Below, one piece after another: positions 39,892 to 51,995 of a stretch of DNA of 64,000 nt. Numbering within the stretch: the first letter of the stretch is position 1; each line of letters starts with the position of its first letter. The stretch lies in assembly GCA_044892525.1 (NCBI GenBank), contig CM097885.1:15750001-15814000 (forward strand), given 5' to 3'. The position numbers and the translations under genes are program-made. The notes under the pieces are model-generated. The model was given only the letters and a program-made list of their open reading frames with translations, ran no database searches and had not been told where the DNA came from. This stretch comes from Schmidtea polychroa (lineage: Eukaryota).

Positions 39892-40683
39892 CTAAAACAA
39901 ACTTTTCCATATTTCAGCTTCTTCTCTATCCAAATAAATATAATTATATTTTTCTTTCCAATGATTATCAACAAACATATCAAACATATTCTTATCAGGT
40001 TCAACATTTGAAAATAAATCATTATAAATCATATTCTTATCACGGCGATCTAATTTAAAAAATATAAAACAATTGGAATTATTTCTTATTGAATTTTTAT
40101 CTAAAGCATAATATGTTTGAGATATATAAATAACATTACAATTATTATGTCGACCTCGTGTAAAGTAACTCTTTTGAATCTCTTGATTTTTCATATTAAC
40201 AACATCATCAAATATAACTAGATTCTTTTTATCTTTAGGAAGTAAATCACAATGTAAAACATCTTCAGGTTTATTAGAGAATAAAACTTGAATTGCCTCC
40301 TGCCCTTCTTCACAAATATAATCATTTTTATTACTAATATCTGATTCTAAAATCTTTTCCTTATACCAATCAACCATATCACAAGGTTGAAAAACTTCTT
40401 CAGGACACCTATGTTGATTTTTAAAAATATCAATTATTGGTTTTTTAGTTAATTTATTTTCAAATCCACATTTCAAAAGTTGTAATTCTGGTTGATTTAT
40501 GGTTGTAGAATAAAAGATTAAATTATTATAATCTAAAAAATCATCTTCAAGTAACATTCTCAAAACAAGTACATTCTTTCCACATCCAGAAGAACCAACA
40601 ATTAATAATCTAAAATTATCAGGAAATACTTTATTATTAAATTTACTCTTATGTCTATTTAAAATTGGTTTCCAAATATCCAT
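39892..40683 (-). CDS. A32/FtsK-like genome-packaging ATPase
   Basis: Walker A GSSGCGKN, Walker B LVIFDD, FTRGRHNN, YISQTYY. Likely start MDIWKP at 40683. Confidence 0.88.
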   Translation of the reverse strand: MDIWKPILNRHKSKFNNKVFPDNFRLLIVGSSGCGKNVLVLRMLLEDDFLDYNNLIFYSTTINQPELQLLKCGFENKLTKKPIIDIFKNQHRCPEEVFQPCDMVDWYKEKILESDISNKNDYICEEGQEAIQVLFSNKPEDVLHCDLLPKDKKNLVIFDDVVNMKNQEIQKSYFTRGRHNNCNVIYISQTYYALDKNSIRNNSNCFIFFKLDRRDKNMIYNDLFSNVEPDKNMFDMFVDNHWKEKYNYIYLDREEAEIWKSLF

Positions 40684-40698
40684 TTTATTTATTATAAA

Positions 40699-41292
40699 AT
40701 GACCTCGAAGAGTTCCTCTACTGAAGAATCTTTGCAAGAATTAATAAATTCAAATAAAAATAAATCAGTAGTAATTGATGGTAAAAAATATTTTATTGGA
40801 AAACATGTAAAAGAACAAGTTAGAGCGAAGCTCCACGAAGCTAAAGAAGGTGGCATTCTTCCATTAGCTGCTTTAATACCTGCAATCATTGCTGGTTTAT
40901 CAGGTGCTGCTGGAATAGCTGGAGGAATTGCAACTACAGTTCAAAAAGCTAAAGAATCTCAAAAGACAGACCTAGAAAAAGAAAAACTACAAACTGAAGT
41001 CGATTCAATGAAGAAGGTAGGGCAAGCTAAAGGGGGAGTGTCCGTTGGAAAGGGTCTCTATCTTAATCCATATGAGGGGAGTCGGCAAAAGTCTCAGGGC
41101 AAAGGTCTCTATCTTGATCCTTATAAAGGTAGAGGTTTAAATGATTTTTTAAAAAATCAAATTTCTACATCTGAATCTTTATCTTCAAAAGATAAAGAAG
41201 ATTTAAAAAAAATATGTAAATCTTTAAAGAATGGATGCCTTTGTAAAGCTAAAAATGGTAAAGGATTATACTTGAAGCCCTTCGAACTATGA
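40699..41292 (+). CDS. Putative virion core/membrane-active protein (adenovirus pX/VI-like)
   Basis: GGILPLAALIPAIIAGLSGAAGIAGGIA hydrophobic Gly/Ala stretch. Three GKGLYLxP(Y/F) repeats resemble adenain cleavage sites. Confidence 0.6.
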   Translation: MTSKSSSTEESLQELINSNKNKSVVIDGKKYFIGKHVKEQVRAKLHEAKEGGILPLAALIPAIIAGLSGAAGIAGGIATTVQKAKESQKTDLEKEKLQTEVDSMKKVGQAKGGVSVGKGLYLNPYEGSRQKSQGKGLYLDPYKGRGLNDFLKNQISTSESLSSKDKEDLKKICKSLKNGCLCKAKNGKGLYLKPFEL

Positions 41293-41314
41293 TACCATTT
41301 TTGATACCATTAAA

Positions 41315-42196
41315 ATGGTATATGAAGAAAGATTAGCACTTTTAAAAAAATTACAATCAGAACAAGATAAATATAATAAAAAAGATACAACTCAACATGC
41401 TGAATCTATAATATTAAATGAGGTAATAACACAACAACAGGGGCCAACAATTAAAGCTATAAAAGAGTTGGAAGATTTCAATGAGCAAGCAAAATTTAAA
41501 GAGTTAGAAGATAAAAAACAAAAAATAAAAGAACTAGAGTGGCAGGATAAAGAAAAAGAATCCAGTGAAAACCATCCTGAAAGAAATCAAAGAAAACGCA
41601 GAAGAATTTCTAATGTGGAAGAAGAAGAAATGTTTTTAAAAACAAAACCTCTTAAAGTTGATCCTAAAATTAGAGATGATTTACCTCCTTCAATTAGACC
41701 CACATTTAATACTAATACTGAAGGATATCAAATAATAACAATTAATAAACAAAACTTTACTTTATATTCAAATTCAGAAAATAAATCACGTATTCATTCA
41801 CAAAATGTTTATAATAATGAATATTTAGACTTTGAATTTACAGATGATTTTTATAGATTACTTTGTGGATATTCTTCAGATGATGTTGAAGAAATTAAAA
41901 AATATTTAAATTTAATAAAATTAATAAGAGCTAGTTCTAAAGCAAAATATATTCAAGATTTAAAGAATTATTTAAATAAAAATGAAAAGGGTTATGTTGT
42001 TACAGAGGGAGAGGGATTAATTAGTGAAGGTGGTAAACCAAATCCCATCAATCTTTTTATTGAATTAAGAAAACTATTAGCTGCAAGGAAAGCAGGACAT
42101 AATAATTTAGATTCTGATATTTTAAAGATTTCTAAAGATTTGTTAAAACAAGGAATAATTTCAAAAGATAAATTTAATAAGTATACGAAGTTATAA
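41315..42196 (+). CDS. Conserved Polinton protein of unknown function
   Basis: C-terminal GEGL...LRKLLAARKAGHNN...ILKISKDLLKQGII resembles a motif I recall in Polinton ORFs upstream of the protease. NLS-like RKRRR. Confidence 0.6.
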   Translation: MVYEERLALLKKLQSEQDKYNKKDTTQHAESIILNEVITQQQGPTIKAIKELEDFNEQAKFKELEDKKQKIKELEWQDKEKESSENHPERNQRKRRRISNVEEEEMFLKTKPLKVDPKIRDDLPPSIRPTFNTNTEGYQIITINKQNFTLYSNSENKSRIHSQNVYNNEYLDFEFTDDFYRLLCGYSSDDVEEIKKYLNLIKLIRASSKAKYIQDLKNYLNKNEKGYVVTEGEGLISEGGKPNPINLFIELRKLLAARKAGHNNLDSDILKISKDLLKQGIISKDKFNKYTKL

Positions 42197-42218
42197 ATAC
42201 GAAGTTTTAAAATACAAA

Positions 42219-42683
42219 ATGACTCCTTCAATATTAGATTTTTTAAAAACATTTGGAATAAATGCAAAAACAAATTTTGATTTAAAAGATTATGCAAATT
42301 ATTTAAATTTAAAAATTAAAGTATTAATGAATGATGAATTATCAAGTCTGAAGAGTCCCCTGAATATAATAATCAATTATCAAAATTCAAATGAAAAAGG
42401 ATCTCATTGGGTTTGTATATATAAGAAATCTATCTACTTTGATTCTTTTGGGATTAAACCTACTAAAGAAGTCGAAGATTATCTCTTGAGGGGTTCTCCG
42501 ATTGATTCCCCAAATGGTTATACTTTTAACTCTTTACAAGTTCAACCTTTGAATACTAAAATATGTGGTATTTTAAGTTTATATGTTTTGTATAGATTGA
42601 ATAAGGGAGAGGGAAAGGGGCATACGCAGGATTTTGAATCTATAATTCAAGAAATTTATAATGATCTAGAATCTCTACTATAA
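42219..42683 (+). CDS. Adenain-like cysteine protease (virion maturation)
   Basis: GSHWVC (His), YFDSFG (Asp), QVQPLNTKICG (Gln/Cys). Confidence 0.88.
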   Translation: MTPSILDFLKTFGINAKTNFDLKDYANYLNLKIKVLMNDELSSLKSPLNIIINYQNSNEKGSHWVCIYKKSIYFDSFGIKPTKEVEDYLLRGSPIDSPNGYTFNSLQVQPLNTKICGILSLYVLYRLNKGEGKGHTQDFESIIQEIYNDLESLL

Positions 42684-42731
42684 GGATTTTTACTATAAGG
42701 ATTTTTACTATATGAATTTACTACTAAAGAA

Positions 42732-43496
42732 ATGGAGCTTCACAACCCTCCGGAAGATAATTTAAAAAAAATGGTAAACATAATGTCAGATAAATATTCA
42801 AGAACTTTATCTATAAATTCAAAAGAATCAGACTTTACTATAAACTTTCAAGATTCAATTAAATTAGATCAAAATTTAAATTATGAATTGGGGCTATTAT
42901 GGTTTTGTGCTTATAATAATATTTTTAATATAACTAAAGATAATAATAAATTTACTATTCAAACTCGTGATGGGCATAAACCAGAAATTATAACAATAGA
43001 ACCTGGGGCATATGAGATAAAAGATTTAAATGATATACTTTCTAAAAAATCAAATGAAAGTATTAAAATTAAAATGGATATACCAACTTCAAAATGTGTA
43101 ATGACTTTGAAGAATATAAAAATTAGTTTTTTAGATAATTGTTTCTTTCACACAGTTTTAGGATTTAAACCTATGGATATAACAATAAAAGAAGATAAAA
43201 TAATAACATCAGAACATATTATAAAAATAATAAATACAAACACAATAAATATTCATTGCGATTGTATAACAGGTTCTTATAATAATGGTAAACAAACAAA
43301 TGTTTTATATTCCTTTCCCTCAAACACAGTTCCTATGGGATATAAAATAGTTGAAAGAATGAATCCTCCAAATTATTTACCTTTATGTAGAAAATATATA
43401 ATGGATATTAATTTTAAAATTCTTAATCAAGAAGGAGAATTGATTGATTTTAATGGAGAAGAGATTTCAATGTATTTACATTTGAAACAGGTTTGA
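42732..43496 (+). CDS. Minor capsid (penton-like) protein
   Basis: YNNIFNITKDNNKF, IEPGAYEIKDLN, INIHCDCITGSYNNG, YLPL, NQEGELIDFNGE. Confidence 0.85.
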   Translation: MELHNPPEDNLKKMVNIMSDKYSRTLSINSKESDFTINFQDSIKLDQNLNYELGLLWFCAYNNIFNITKDNNKFTIQTRDGHKPEIITIEPGAYEIKDLNDILSKKSNESIKIKMDIPTSKCVMTLKNIKISFLDNCFFHTVLGFKPMDITIKEDKIITSEHIIKIINTNTINIHCDCITGSYNNGKQTNVLYSFPSNTVPMGYKIVERMNPPNYLPLCRKYIMDINFKILNQEGELIDFNGEEISMYLHLKQV

Positions 43497-43520
43497 AGAT
43501 TCATTTTAAATTATTAATAA

Positions 43521-44531
43521 ATGAGTTCTTATATTCCATGTAATAGAGGTGGTGGAACAATAAAAACAGGGTTTAATACAGAAGAAATATTAACTTTAAC
43601 AGAAAATAAATATATTAATGAAAGAGGTGATTCAATGAAGGGTGATTTAATTTTAAATGGACACAAGATAAAAGAATTATCTTTACCAACTGATGAAGCT
43701 GATGCAGTTAATAAGAAATATGTAGATGGTGTTAAAAAATATACTGATTTAACAACAACAAGAATTGAAAGTTCATTAACAACAAAAATTGATTCAATGG
43801 AATCAAAGCTTAATAATATCGAACAACGATTTAATGATAAATTTGACAAGTTACAAAGTCTGTTAACTGAACAAGTTGTAAAGTTAAATACTGCTATATT
43901 AAATTCTAAAGATAAACAAATTATGAATACTAAATTTAATACAATATATAATATAATAAATGAGATGATTACATCATTTAATAAAAGAATTTCAAATTTA
44001 GAGTCTCATGGAACACACATTAACACCACACATAGTATTAGAAAAAGAGCTGCTGAATTAGAACAGAATAAAACATTATTACCCCATACATATAAACATT
44101 TTATAGAACCAAGTTTAATAACAACAAACAGTAAAGAATGGGGTGTTTTTATGGTTGTAAAAATTATTGATCCTTATTTCTTTTTGTTTGATGATGATAA
44201 TGAAAGAATGAAATGGTTTGTGAAATGTGATTATAATAGTAAGCTTGAAAAGGGTGATGTTATAATGACTAGTTGTGATTTACCACACGGAGATTGGTAT
44301 GTTAATACTCATTCACATGGACTACATAAAGTTAAAAGTAAGAATATTCATTTTTCTAGTTCACTTGTACAATATATAGATTTAATATTTTATGAAAAAA
44401 AGGTTGATGTTGATGAAGTTCGTAAAGCATTGAGAGAATTGTATAAAGATATCCTCTCAACAAGAGTTTCTTTTGATATCCGAGTATTGGTGCCAGATGG
44501 TGCTCAGAAGAATAAAGTCTTATTTTTTTAA
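43521..44531 (+). CDS. Putative fibre/attachment protein
   Basis: GDSMKGDLILNGHKIKELSLPTDEADAVNKKYVD tail-fibre-type motif, long coiled coil, then a distinct C-terminal domain. Directly follows the penton gene. Confidence 0.55.
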   Translation: MSSYIPCNRGGGTIKTGFNTEEILTLTENKYINERGDSMKGDLILNGHKIKELSLPTDEADAVNKKYVDGVKKYTDLTTTRIESSLTTKIDSMESKLNNIEQRFNDKFDKLQSLLTEQVVKLNTAILNSKDKQIMNTKFNTIYNIINEMITSFNKRISNLESHGTHINTTHSIRKRAAELEQNKTLLPHTYKHFIEPSLITTNSKEWGVFMVVKIIDPYFFLFDDDNERMKWFVKCDYNSKLEKGDVIMTSCDLPHGDWYVNTHSHGLHKVKSKNIHFSSSLVQYIDLIFYEKKVDVDEVRKALRELYKDILSTRVSFDIRVLVPDGAQKNKVLFF

Positions 44532-44539
44532 TTATTAAA

Positions 44540-45136
44540 ATGGAAGAAGTAAGAGAAGAAAAAATTTTCCCAGAATTGAGATCATCAGGATATTATTCTT
44601 CCAAGGCCTCGGCTCCCACAGAACTTGAAATTATGAGAGTAAAAGAATTTAAATCAGAAACCTTACATTTACAAGATTTATTAAAGCATTATAAAAAAAT
44701 TAAAAATAGATGGAATAAAGGGAATACAGTTTTAAAAGTTATAGGTTATTCTTTAGGATTTGCATCTGCAATATTAACAGTTATTTTACCCATAACTTTA
44801 CCAGTTGTTACTCTTGCACCTGTAATACTTGGAAGTATTTCTGTGGCTGATGGTTTCTTAACTGAAATAGTTTCATTATCTTATACTTCTAAAAAGAAAA
44901 GTTTATATAGAGAAGTTTGTTTATCAATAGAATTAGGAATCTCTAAATTATTTTTATTTCAATTAAAAGCTTTGGAAGATGGAATCTTAACTGATGATGA
45001 AATAATGAAATCAAATCAAATAATACAAGATATAAAGAATGAGGTTATAAGATTAAAAAGGGAGGGCATGGTGGCTAATGTTATAAGTAATAAAAAAACA
45101 TCTCGAGAAAAATGGTTAAAGAATTCTTATTTATAA
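44540..45136 (+). CDS. Polinton membrane protein, unknown function
   Basis: Central hydrophobic region VIGYSLGFASAILTVILPITLPVVTLAPVILGSISVA flanked by basic helices. Confidence 0.6.
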   Translation: MEEVREEKIFPELRSSGYYSSKASAPTELEIMRVKEFKSETLHLQDLLKHYKKIKNRWNKGNTVLKVIGYSLGFASAILTVILPITLPVVTLAPVILGSISVADGFLTEIVSLSYTSKKKSLYREVCLSIELGISKLFLFQLKALEDGILTDDEIMKSNQIIQDIKNEVIRLKREGMVANVISNKKTSREKWLKNSYL

Positions 45137-45230
45137 AATGGGTGTATTTTTAAAAAAGTAGATCAGGTTGCTATAGTTGCTTAAATTAATTGTCGACATT
45201 TTATTATTAAAAAATTAAATATCGTTGGTT

Positions 45231-48200
45231 TCAGTTATGGTTGAAAGCCAACCTTTGAATCATTAATTTATGATCTTTAAATTCTTTATCACTTAGACCT
45301 TTTATATATTCAGGATCAGTATTAAAATATTTAAGTTCTAAACATATAGGATTAAAAACTTGAGAATATAAAGGCTTCTCGATTTCTCTCTTGGGATAAA
45401 TAATTTCAACATTATAAATATCAAGATCAGTAATCTTTGTATCATATAACTTATTCAACTTTTCTAGATTTTTTATTATAGGGATTAAATTATTTCCAAT
45501 AGGTAGAGTTGTCTTTAAATCACTTAGTATGAATCTCTTATCATCATAATTTGATAATGATACTTTTTGAGATTCTATCAAGTGAATATCATGGTTTTCA
45601 CTTTTAAGTTGATGTATTTCATCAATTTTATCTTTATGATTTGGATTCAATGTATCTATATAATCTTGATGAGAAAGATTCTTTGCAACCACTCTCTGTA
45701 TTCCTTTACATCTGTTATCCTTTACAGGTTTTTCTTCTTGTCCCTCTGGTCCTTTAGGAAATATAGGATATCTATGTGTAATGGTTTCTTCTGTTTCTGG
45801 AGTTTTAAATATAAATGATCTAGTTATAAATTCAGGGTTTCTAAATGTTTCGTATGAATATTGTTTAGCACGAATAAATATTCCATTTTCTATAGGAGTA
45901 AAAGGTTTTTCATCTTTAAACGAAAATAGTTCTCCAGTTGAATTTATTAAATTTGAAAGTATAGGATTTTCAGCTATATCTCTTTGTAAATCATGAGTTC
46001 TTATTGTTAAAAACATTGAATCTGTATCCATTGCATGCATTGATATATTAGAACCATATATAGGTTGTAAGATGTTATAATATGTTTCATACATTTGTAA
46101 TTTTGAAAGTTCTAAAATTGAAAACCCTATAAATATTGGTTTGTTGTATGTTTTCTCAAAACTCTTTAGTTCTATTGCAGTAAGACTTTCAGAAAATACT
46201 TGTGCGTTTTTAAATGTAGGCTTTCCTAGCATACGATTATAACGCTTAATATCTTTGGCAGTATTAGTTAGGAGTTCAATATGAGTATATTTATCAACAT
46301 TCTCCATTGTCTTCCCAAAGACTGAATTGTTTAAAAGTTTATAATTATTATCTTTAAAAAGGTTACCTTCTCTTTTTGCAATGTTTCGACACCTAATGTT
46401 CTCCTCGATAAAAGCTTTCATGAATGGAGCTTGTTTAAATCTTATGACACTATGAACTTTTTTTAATATCATTCCTCGTGAGAGATAAAATTGGAGGAGT
46501 CTATAGTGACAAAGATAAAACCTTCGATCTGTTTGATCACAAAGAAGTTTCATTGTTGGAGGTTTATCTTGTGAGATTTGCCATTCAGAAAGTTCGTTGA
46601 TATCAATCTTTCTTCTTATGGGAGCTAAAGGAAAATATCTTGTTCCTGATTTTATATCATCTGGATAGTCGAGGTCACATTCTATAAAGTAACCTATTGG
46701 AAAATCTTTCGACGTTGAAAGTATTTCTTTCATAAGGTCATCTGTTGGGTTCTCTATTCCAGTGAAATCACTCATTGGTAAATATTGAGTCATAATTCCT
46801 GAATATAAAGCTGTTGCATCTATATAAAGTATAAATATAGGATTTTTCATTGTTTCTAATAATTCTTTTAATTCCTCATTGTTAATTTTCATATATGGAT
46901 CATCAGGGTGTTTAGAGAGTCTTCGGCTAGTAGTTATTGCATTTCTAGCTTTTATTTCTCTATTCCCCATTACTGAAGAGACTCCTCCTCTAATGTTTGT
47001 TTTAATTTGGTTAAACATATCGAGGTTAGTTAAAAGATCTATAATTTTATCAGCATCTTCTATATTTGAAGTCCAAATGGTATATAACATAGTATCCCAA
47101 GCTAAAGAGGGTGCAGTTATATAATTATAAGGTTTAAGAACAAAAGAGTTTGTAAATTCTTCAAAGCAATCTGCTAGAATATAAACATCCAAGGATAAAT
47201 ACATGTTGGTATATTCTCCTAAAGTTTTACACTTGAATAATTCCCACATTTTTAATGCTCGAGAATATTCTTGATCTGTAATCCCTGATTGTAGTAAGTT
47301 TGAAAAGAAATCTTCTTTGTTAGGAAGACTTGTTTCATTATATCTTTCAAACGAGTCAACATAGTCATAAGGATATATTCCTTTTGCTAAACATGTAGGA
47401 TATTCTTCTAGAGGAATATTATTTTTTTCCAAGAATTCTCGAGTGATTTTAAAATTTTCTGGTTTCATTGTTTTTGCTACTGCATCTAAAGACATTTGGA
47501 GAAAGTTTAACGAGTCTATAAATTTTAATTTTCCATATTCAATTGATTTATATTTTTCCTTTGTTAAGCCGATAACTTTGAAAGAGTTTTTAGCATTTGC
47601 TGCGAGGTGTTTAATAAATAGATGTATGTCATATCCAAAAAGATTATGAAATATAACAGGTATAAATTTAGGAGTATGACAATTAAGATTGCAATTTTTA
47701 TGAGCTGCTCCTCGATAATTATTTTCCTTTTTTAAATGATCATGATCTATAACTTTTTCATCAGGAAGAATATTCTGTTTACACATCCAACAGTTGGAAG
47801 TATTTTCATATTCTTGTTGTTGTTGATTAGAAATATTTTGAGGATACTTTGTTTTTAATATTTTAAATATTTCATGTTCTAGATCATTTATATTTTTAGT
47901 AAAATGATTCAAGACTTCTGTTTCTGAAATTCCTCGAAATGTATATTCTCTAGATTCTATGAGTTCAGGATAATTACTTTTAAATAATAATTTATAAGCA
48001 GATGGTAATTGTTTAGTTTTTTTAACACTATTAGGTTTATTTCTTTTTCTTAGAAAGGCTTTCATCCTCTCTGGTTTCATCTTCTCTCCTGAGGAGTTCC
48101 AGGAATCCATGAGTTTAATTTTTTTCTATTATTTTTAAATATTGATAAACCAAATCTTGTTTATGGTTTATAGATTCAAAGTCACCATAAAGAACTCCAA

Positions 48201-49149
48201 CTGTTTGTAGTAAATTTGAAAAGTTTTTAAAATATATCTTGGGATTATTAGGCATTTTAATTAAAGCTGGATCATCTTTTTCACAAAATCTTGTATGTTT
48301 AATCATAGAGTTTTTAGTTGTTGAATAATGAAGACATCTTTTACATGTTCCTCCTCCACTAGTTGGATTCTCTGGTGATGTAAAAGCTTGAAAGTTTTTT
48401 ATTAAAACATAATATTGATTATTTTGTTGTTCCAAGATTAAAAGATATATCTCCCTAGTGTTATCCTGCGGTTCGTTATCTCTAACTTCATAATCTGAAA
48501 TATAAATTGGAATAATTTCTCTGCTATTAACATGTTTCCCTTTAACACGTTCATAAATATTAATTTTAAGATTATTTAAACTTTCAAATTTTGGAATGTC
48601 TTCTAGTTTCATTGGATGTTTGAATCCTTTGGGAAATATTAATTCATTTTCATATTGTTTGTATTTTGAAACTCTTTGGGGATTTGTTGCTTGAGGATGT
48701 AAATGTGCAAATATTGACCAGATGAAACATTTGTTATCATTATTCTGTACATTTATAACATTTTTAGATTTAAAGGGTGTAGGAATATAAGATTTAGGAT
48801 TGGGTGGTAATCCTCTCCAATAATCAATCACTAAAGTTTAGAAAGAGTTAAATACTAAGTTTGAATCTCCTAATTCATTTTCTACTTCCTCTTGTTTTGC
48901 TTCTGCTGCTTTAATTATTTCTTTGATGGTTTTATCAAATCCTTTAATTGAAAATAAATATTTAAAAGGTATTCCAATTTCAACATCTAAGGGTGTTGTC
49001 TTTTCTTCTGCTCCTCGCCAGTATTTTGCTTTGATTATAATTTTATATTTTATAACATTATACCTTGTCGGTTTATAATTTTTTAAAGCTTCAGTGAAAG
49101 AATTTTTAATATATTTTTTATTTTTATTTATATATTCTCTTTTGTACAT
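45231..49149 (-). pseudogene. Protein-primed family B DNA polymerase with endonuclease VII-like insert; in-frame stop at 48838-48840 and frameshift at the T7 run 48119-48125
   Basis: NNDNKCFIWS, YGDFES (ExoI), CWMC..DHDH..RGAAHKNCN, FHNLFGYD (ExoII), KGIYPYDY, YIDATALY (A), KLLNNSVFGKT (B), MDTDS (C). Confidence 0.92.
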
Positions 49150-49580
49150 TTACTAAGCATTATCAACCAAGTACCTACAACCATCTACCAAGTACTCACA
49201 ACCAAAAACAACCAGCTAACAACTAACTACCACCTACCAAGTACATACAACCAACATCAACCAGGTACTAAGCATTATCAACCAACTACTAAGTACCTAC
49301 AACCAACTAGCTACCACCTACCAAGTACTAACAACCGACTACAACCAGGTACTAAGCATTATTAACCAACTACTAAGTACCTACAACCAACTAGCTACCA
49401 CCTACCAAGTACTAACAACCCACAACAACCAGCTAACAACTAACTACCACCTACCAAGTACACACAACCGAAAACAACCAGGTACTATGCATTATCAACC
49501 AAGTACCTATAACCACCTACTAAGTACTAACAACCAAAAACAATCAACCAACTAGGTACCAGATACCAAGTACTTACAGC
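49150..49580. repeat. Degenerate C/A-rich tandem repeats (AAGTACTAACAACC-like); related array ~50700-51110
   Basis: Directly visible. Confidence 0.8.
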
Positions 49581-49705
49581 CAGATGACCACATGAAATCA
49601 TTGGTTAAATAAGTAAATTAATGTCTAATTTTAAAATTAAGTAATCAATTATCTAAATATTAAAGTCAATTTAAGATGAAAGTTTTCTGGGATTTTCAAT
49701 CTTAA

Positions 49706-49927
49706 CCCTTTCATTCGGGAATTAATTTTTCTTTTTGCGTGTGCTCTTCACAAAATCAACTGAAAAATACTGAAAATGTCACTATTTGGCGCCAAAATTA
49801 TTAAAATGTACTATAACAAATTTCAATTTTCTTAAAAAGTACTTCTCACATTATATTTTCGAAAAGGTACAACAGATATTCAGCAAAAAAACTGTGTACA
49901 ATATATTGTACACTCCGTATAAAAGGG
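49706..49927. mobile_element. piggyBac-type MITE with TTAA target duplication
   Basis: TTAA|CCCTTTCATTCGG...CCGTATAAAAGGG|TTAA: imperfect TIRs beginning CCC. Confidence 0.6.
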
Positions 49928-51995
49928 TTAATTTTAGATGCAAATCTTCGTCAATTAATCAATGACCACATGAAATTATTGGTTAAATATGAAAATAAGG
50001 GTTATAATTAGTTGTTAAGTAAATTATGGTGTAAAATTTAGTAATAAAGAATAATTAGGTACATTAAGGATAAGTAAATTAAAGTTAAAAATTTTAAATA
50101 AGTAAATTAAGAGTTTCAAAATTTTAAAATTAAGTAATGTTTTCAAAAATTAAATTAAAGTTAAATAAGTAAATTAAAGTAATAATTTTTAAATAAGTAA
50201 TGTAATATGTAAATTTAACTAAGATTTTTAAATTTATTATCAAAAGATTGAATAACCACCAACTTTTTTGAGAAATGTAATTTTTAATGAAAATTTAAAT
50301 GGAAATTTTTTTAAGTTAACTTTAAATGTAAAATTTTTTAAGTTAATTTTTAATGAAAATTTTTATGAAATATTTTTTTAAATTAATTTTTTTATACAAC
50401 TTCTATAATAATTTTAATTACAATCAATAGAAAAACCTTTTCAAAATGTCTAAATTTAATAAAAATGTTGATTTTCATCAAAAATAAATAATTGTCAACT
50501 CATCACCACGTGGAAATGATGATAATTTAAATTACAATGAAAGACTATAGAATTCTAATTTACAAAACATTCTTCTTTTAAATGATAACTACTGACTTAT
50601 TATTGCAAAGTAAAAATCACATTCAATAAATACTTATTGTTGATCAGTTTTATTATATATTCTCTGAGTTTATCCGACAGGTTGTTTTGACCCTCTAAGG
50701 ATATTAGTCGTAAAGGTACTAGTCGTAAGGGCATTGGTAACACTCAACCACCACCTGGTCGTAAGGGTATGAGTCGTAAGGGTACTAGTCGTAGGGGTAT
50801 TGGTAACACTCAACCACCACCTACCCATTAACTAGTTACCATGTACTAACAACTAGGTCTCAAACAACTAAATACTAAACATTTACAACCACATACTAAC
50901 AACCACCATCAAAACCCATCAACCTACAACTAGATACTTACAACCAGATACCTGCTACCAAGTACTTACAACTAGATACCAAGTACCAACAATCAACTAT
51001 GCACACATAAAAATAATAGCAATTAAATACAAAATATTCTTCATCACATACACTATCTTCTTATCAAAATCTCAAAAGTCAACCAACTACTTACAACCAA
51101 CTATGTACTAACAAATTGATCTTTAAAAGAAAATACTCATCACTTGAAAAATTGGATGAAAAATTAATTGAACTCAAGGCATCAATAACTAGCTAAAAAT
51201 TGATTAAATAATTGTAAAAATTTTAAATTTTCAAAATAAATATTATAAAAATGTAATTAATGGACAAGAAAGAATTCTAGTCATTAATCATCCAGTAAAT
51301 ATAAAAATATTGATCATTCAAGTTAATATGAATCAACTAAGATAATAAATTAATAAGAATTTTGAAATAAGATCTAGTAGATAATTGATTTAGATTGAAT
51401 AAATTAGTTGAAATAAAATTAATTTTAATTATTTTTTTAAAAGTAATGCATGTACTCAAATTGATTGACTGATTGCTCAATATATTCAAAAAATCATTAT
51501 AAATTCATTACAATTATCAAAGTCAGCAATCTACAATAAAAATAGTTATCATTAAATTCCAAAAGAAACTAGATAACTAATGAGAACATCTAACAAACCA
51601 GTAAATTCATTTAAATGACAACAATTGGTATATCCAAGTGAATTCTCCAATAAAATCATCTAAAAAGAATCATTTTCCCCTAAATATATCAATATTTAAA
51701 GATTGGTATTTTAATGATAAATAATTGTTAAAGATCATATATTCACCTCAAACTAATAAGATTCCTTAAAATCCCTTAAATGACTATATTTCAACCCTTA
51801 ATTCATATTATTACAAATATCATCTAAAAAGCATCAAATTTCCTTGAAATAACTCTATCCTTAAAGATTGATATTTTAATGACAAGTACCCGTAAAAGAT
51901 CATATATTTCCCTCGGACTAATAGTGACTTTTTCCCTCTTTTGAATTGCAAATTTCATTCGTCGCTTCTTATATATTGCTGTAACCAAATTTCAC

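Larger units (their letters stand above)
35675..51900. mobile_element. Polinton/Maverick (adintovirus-like) endogenous viral element; right end approximate, right TIR not found
   Basis: AGTAGT 5' terminus typical of Polintons. Co-located MCP, mCP, integrase, ATPase, cysteine protease and pPolB genes, compact and intronless. Confidence 0.9.

Noticed and set aside
48110..48125. Programmed ribosomal frameshift in pPolB
   Set aside because: A single extra base in a homopolymer is more simply a mutation or sequencing error.
49150..51110. CRISPR-like array
   Set aside because: Degenerate tandem repeats with no unique spacers or cas genes, in a eukaryotic context.
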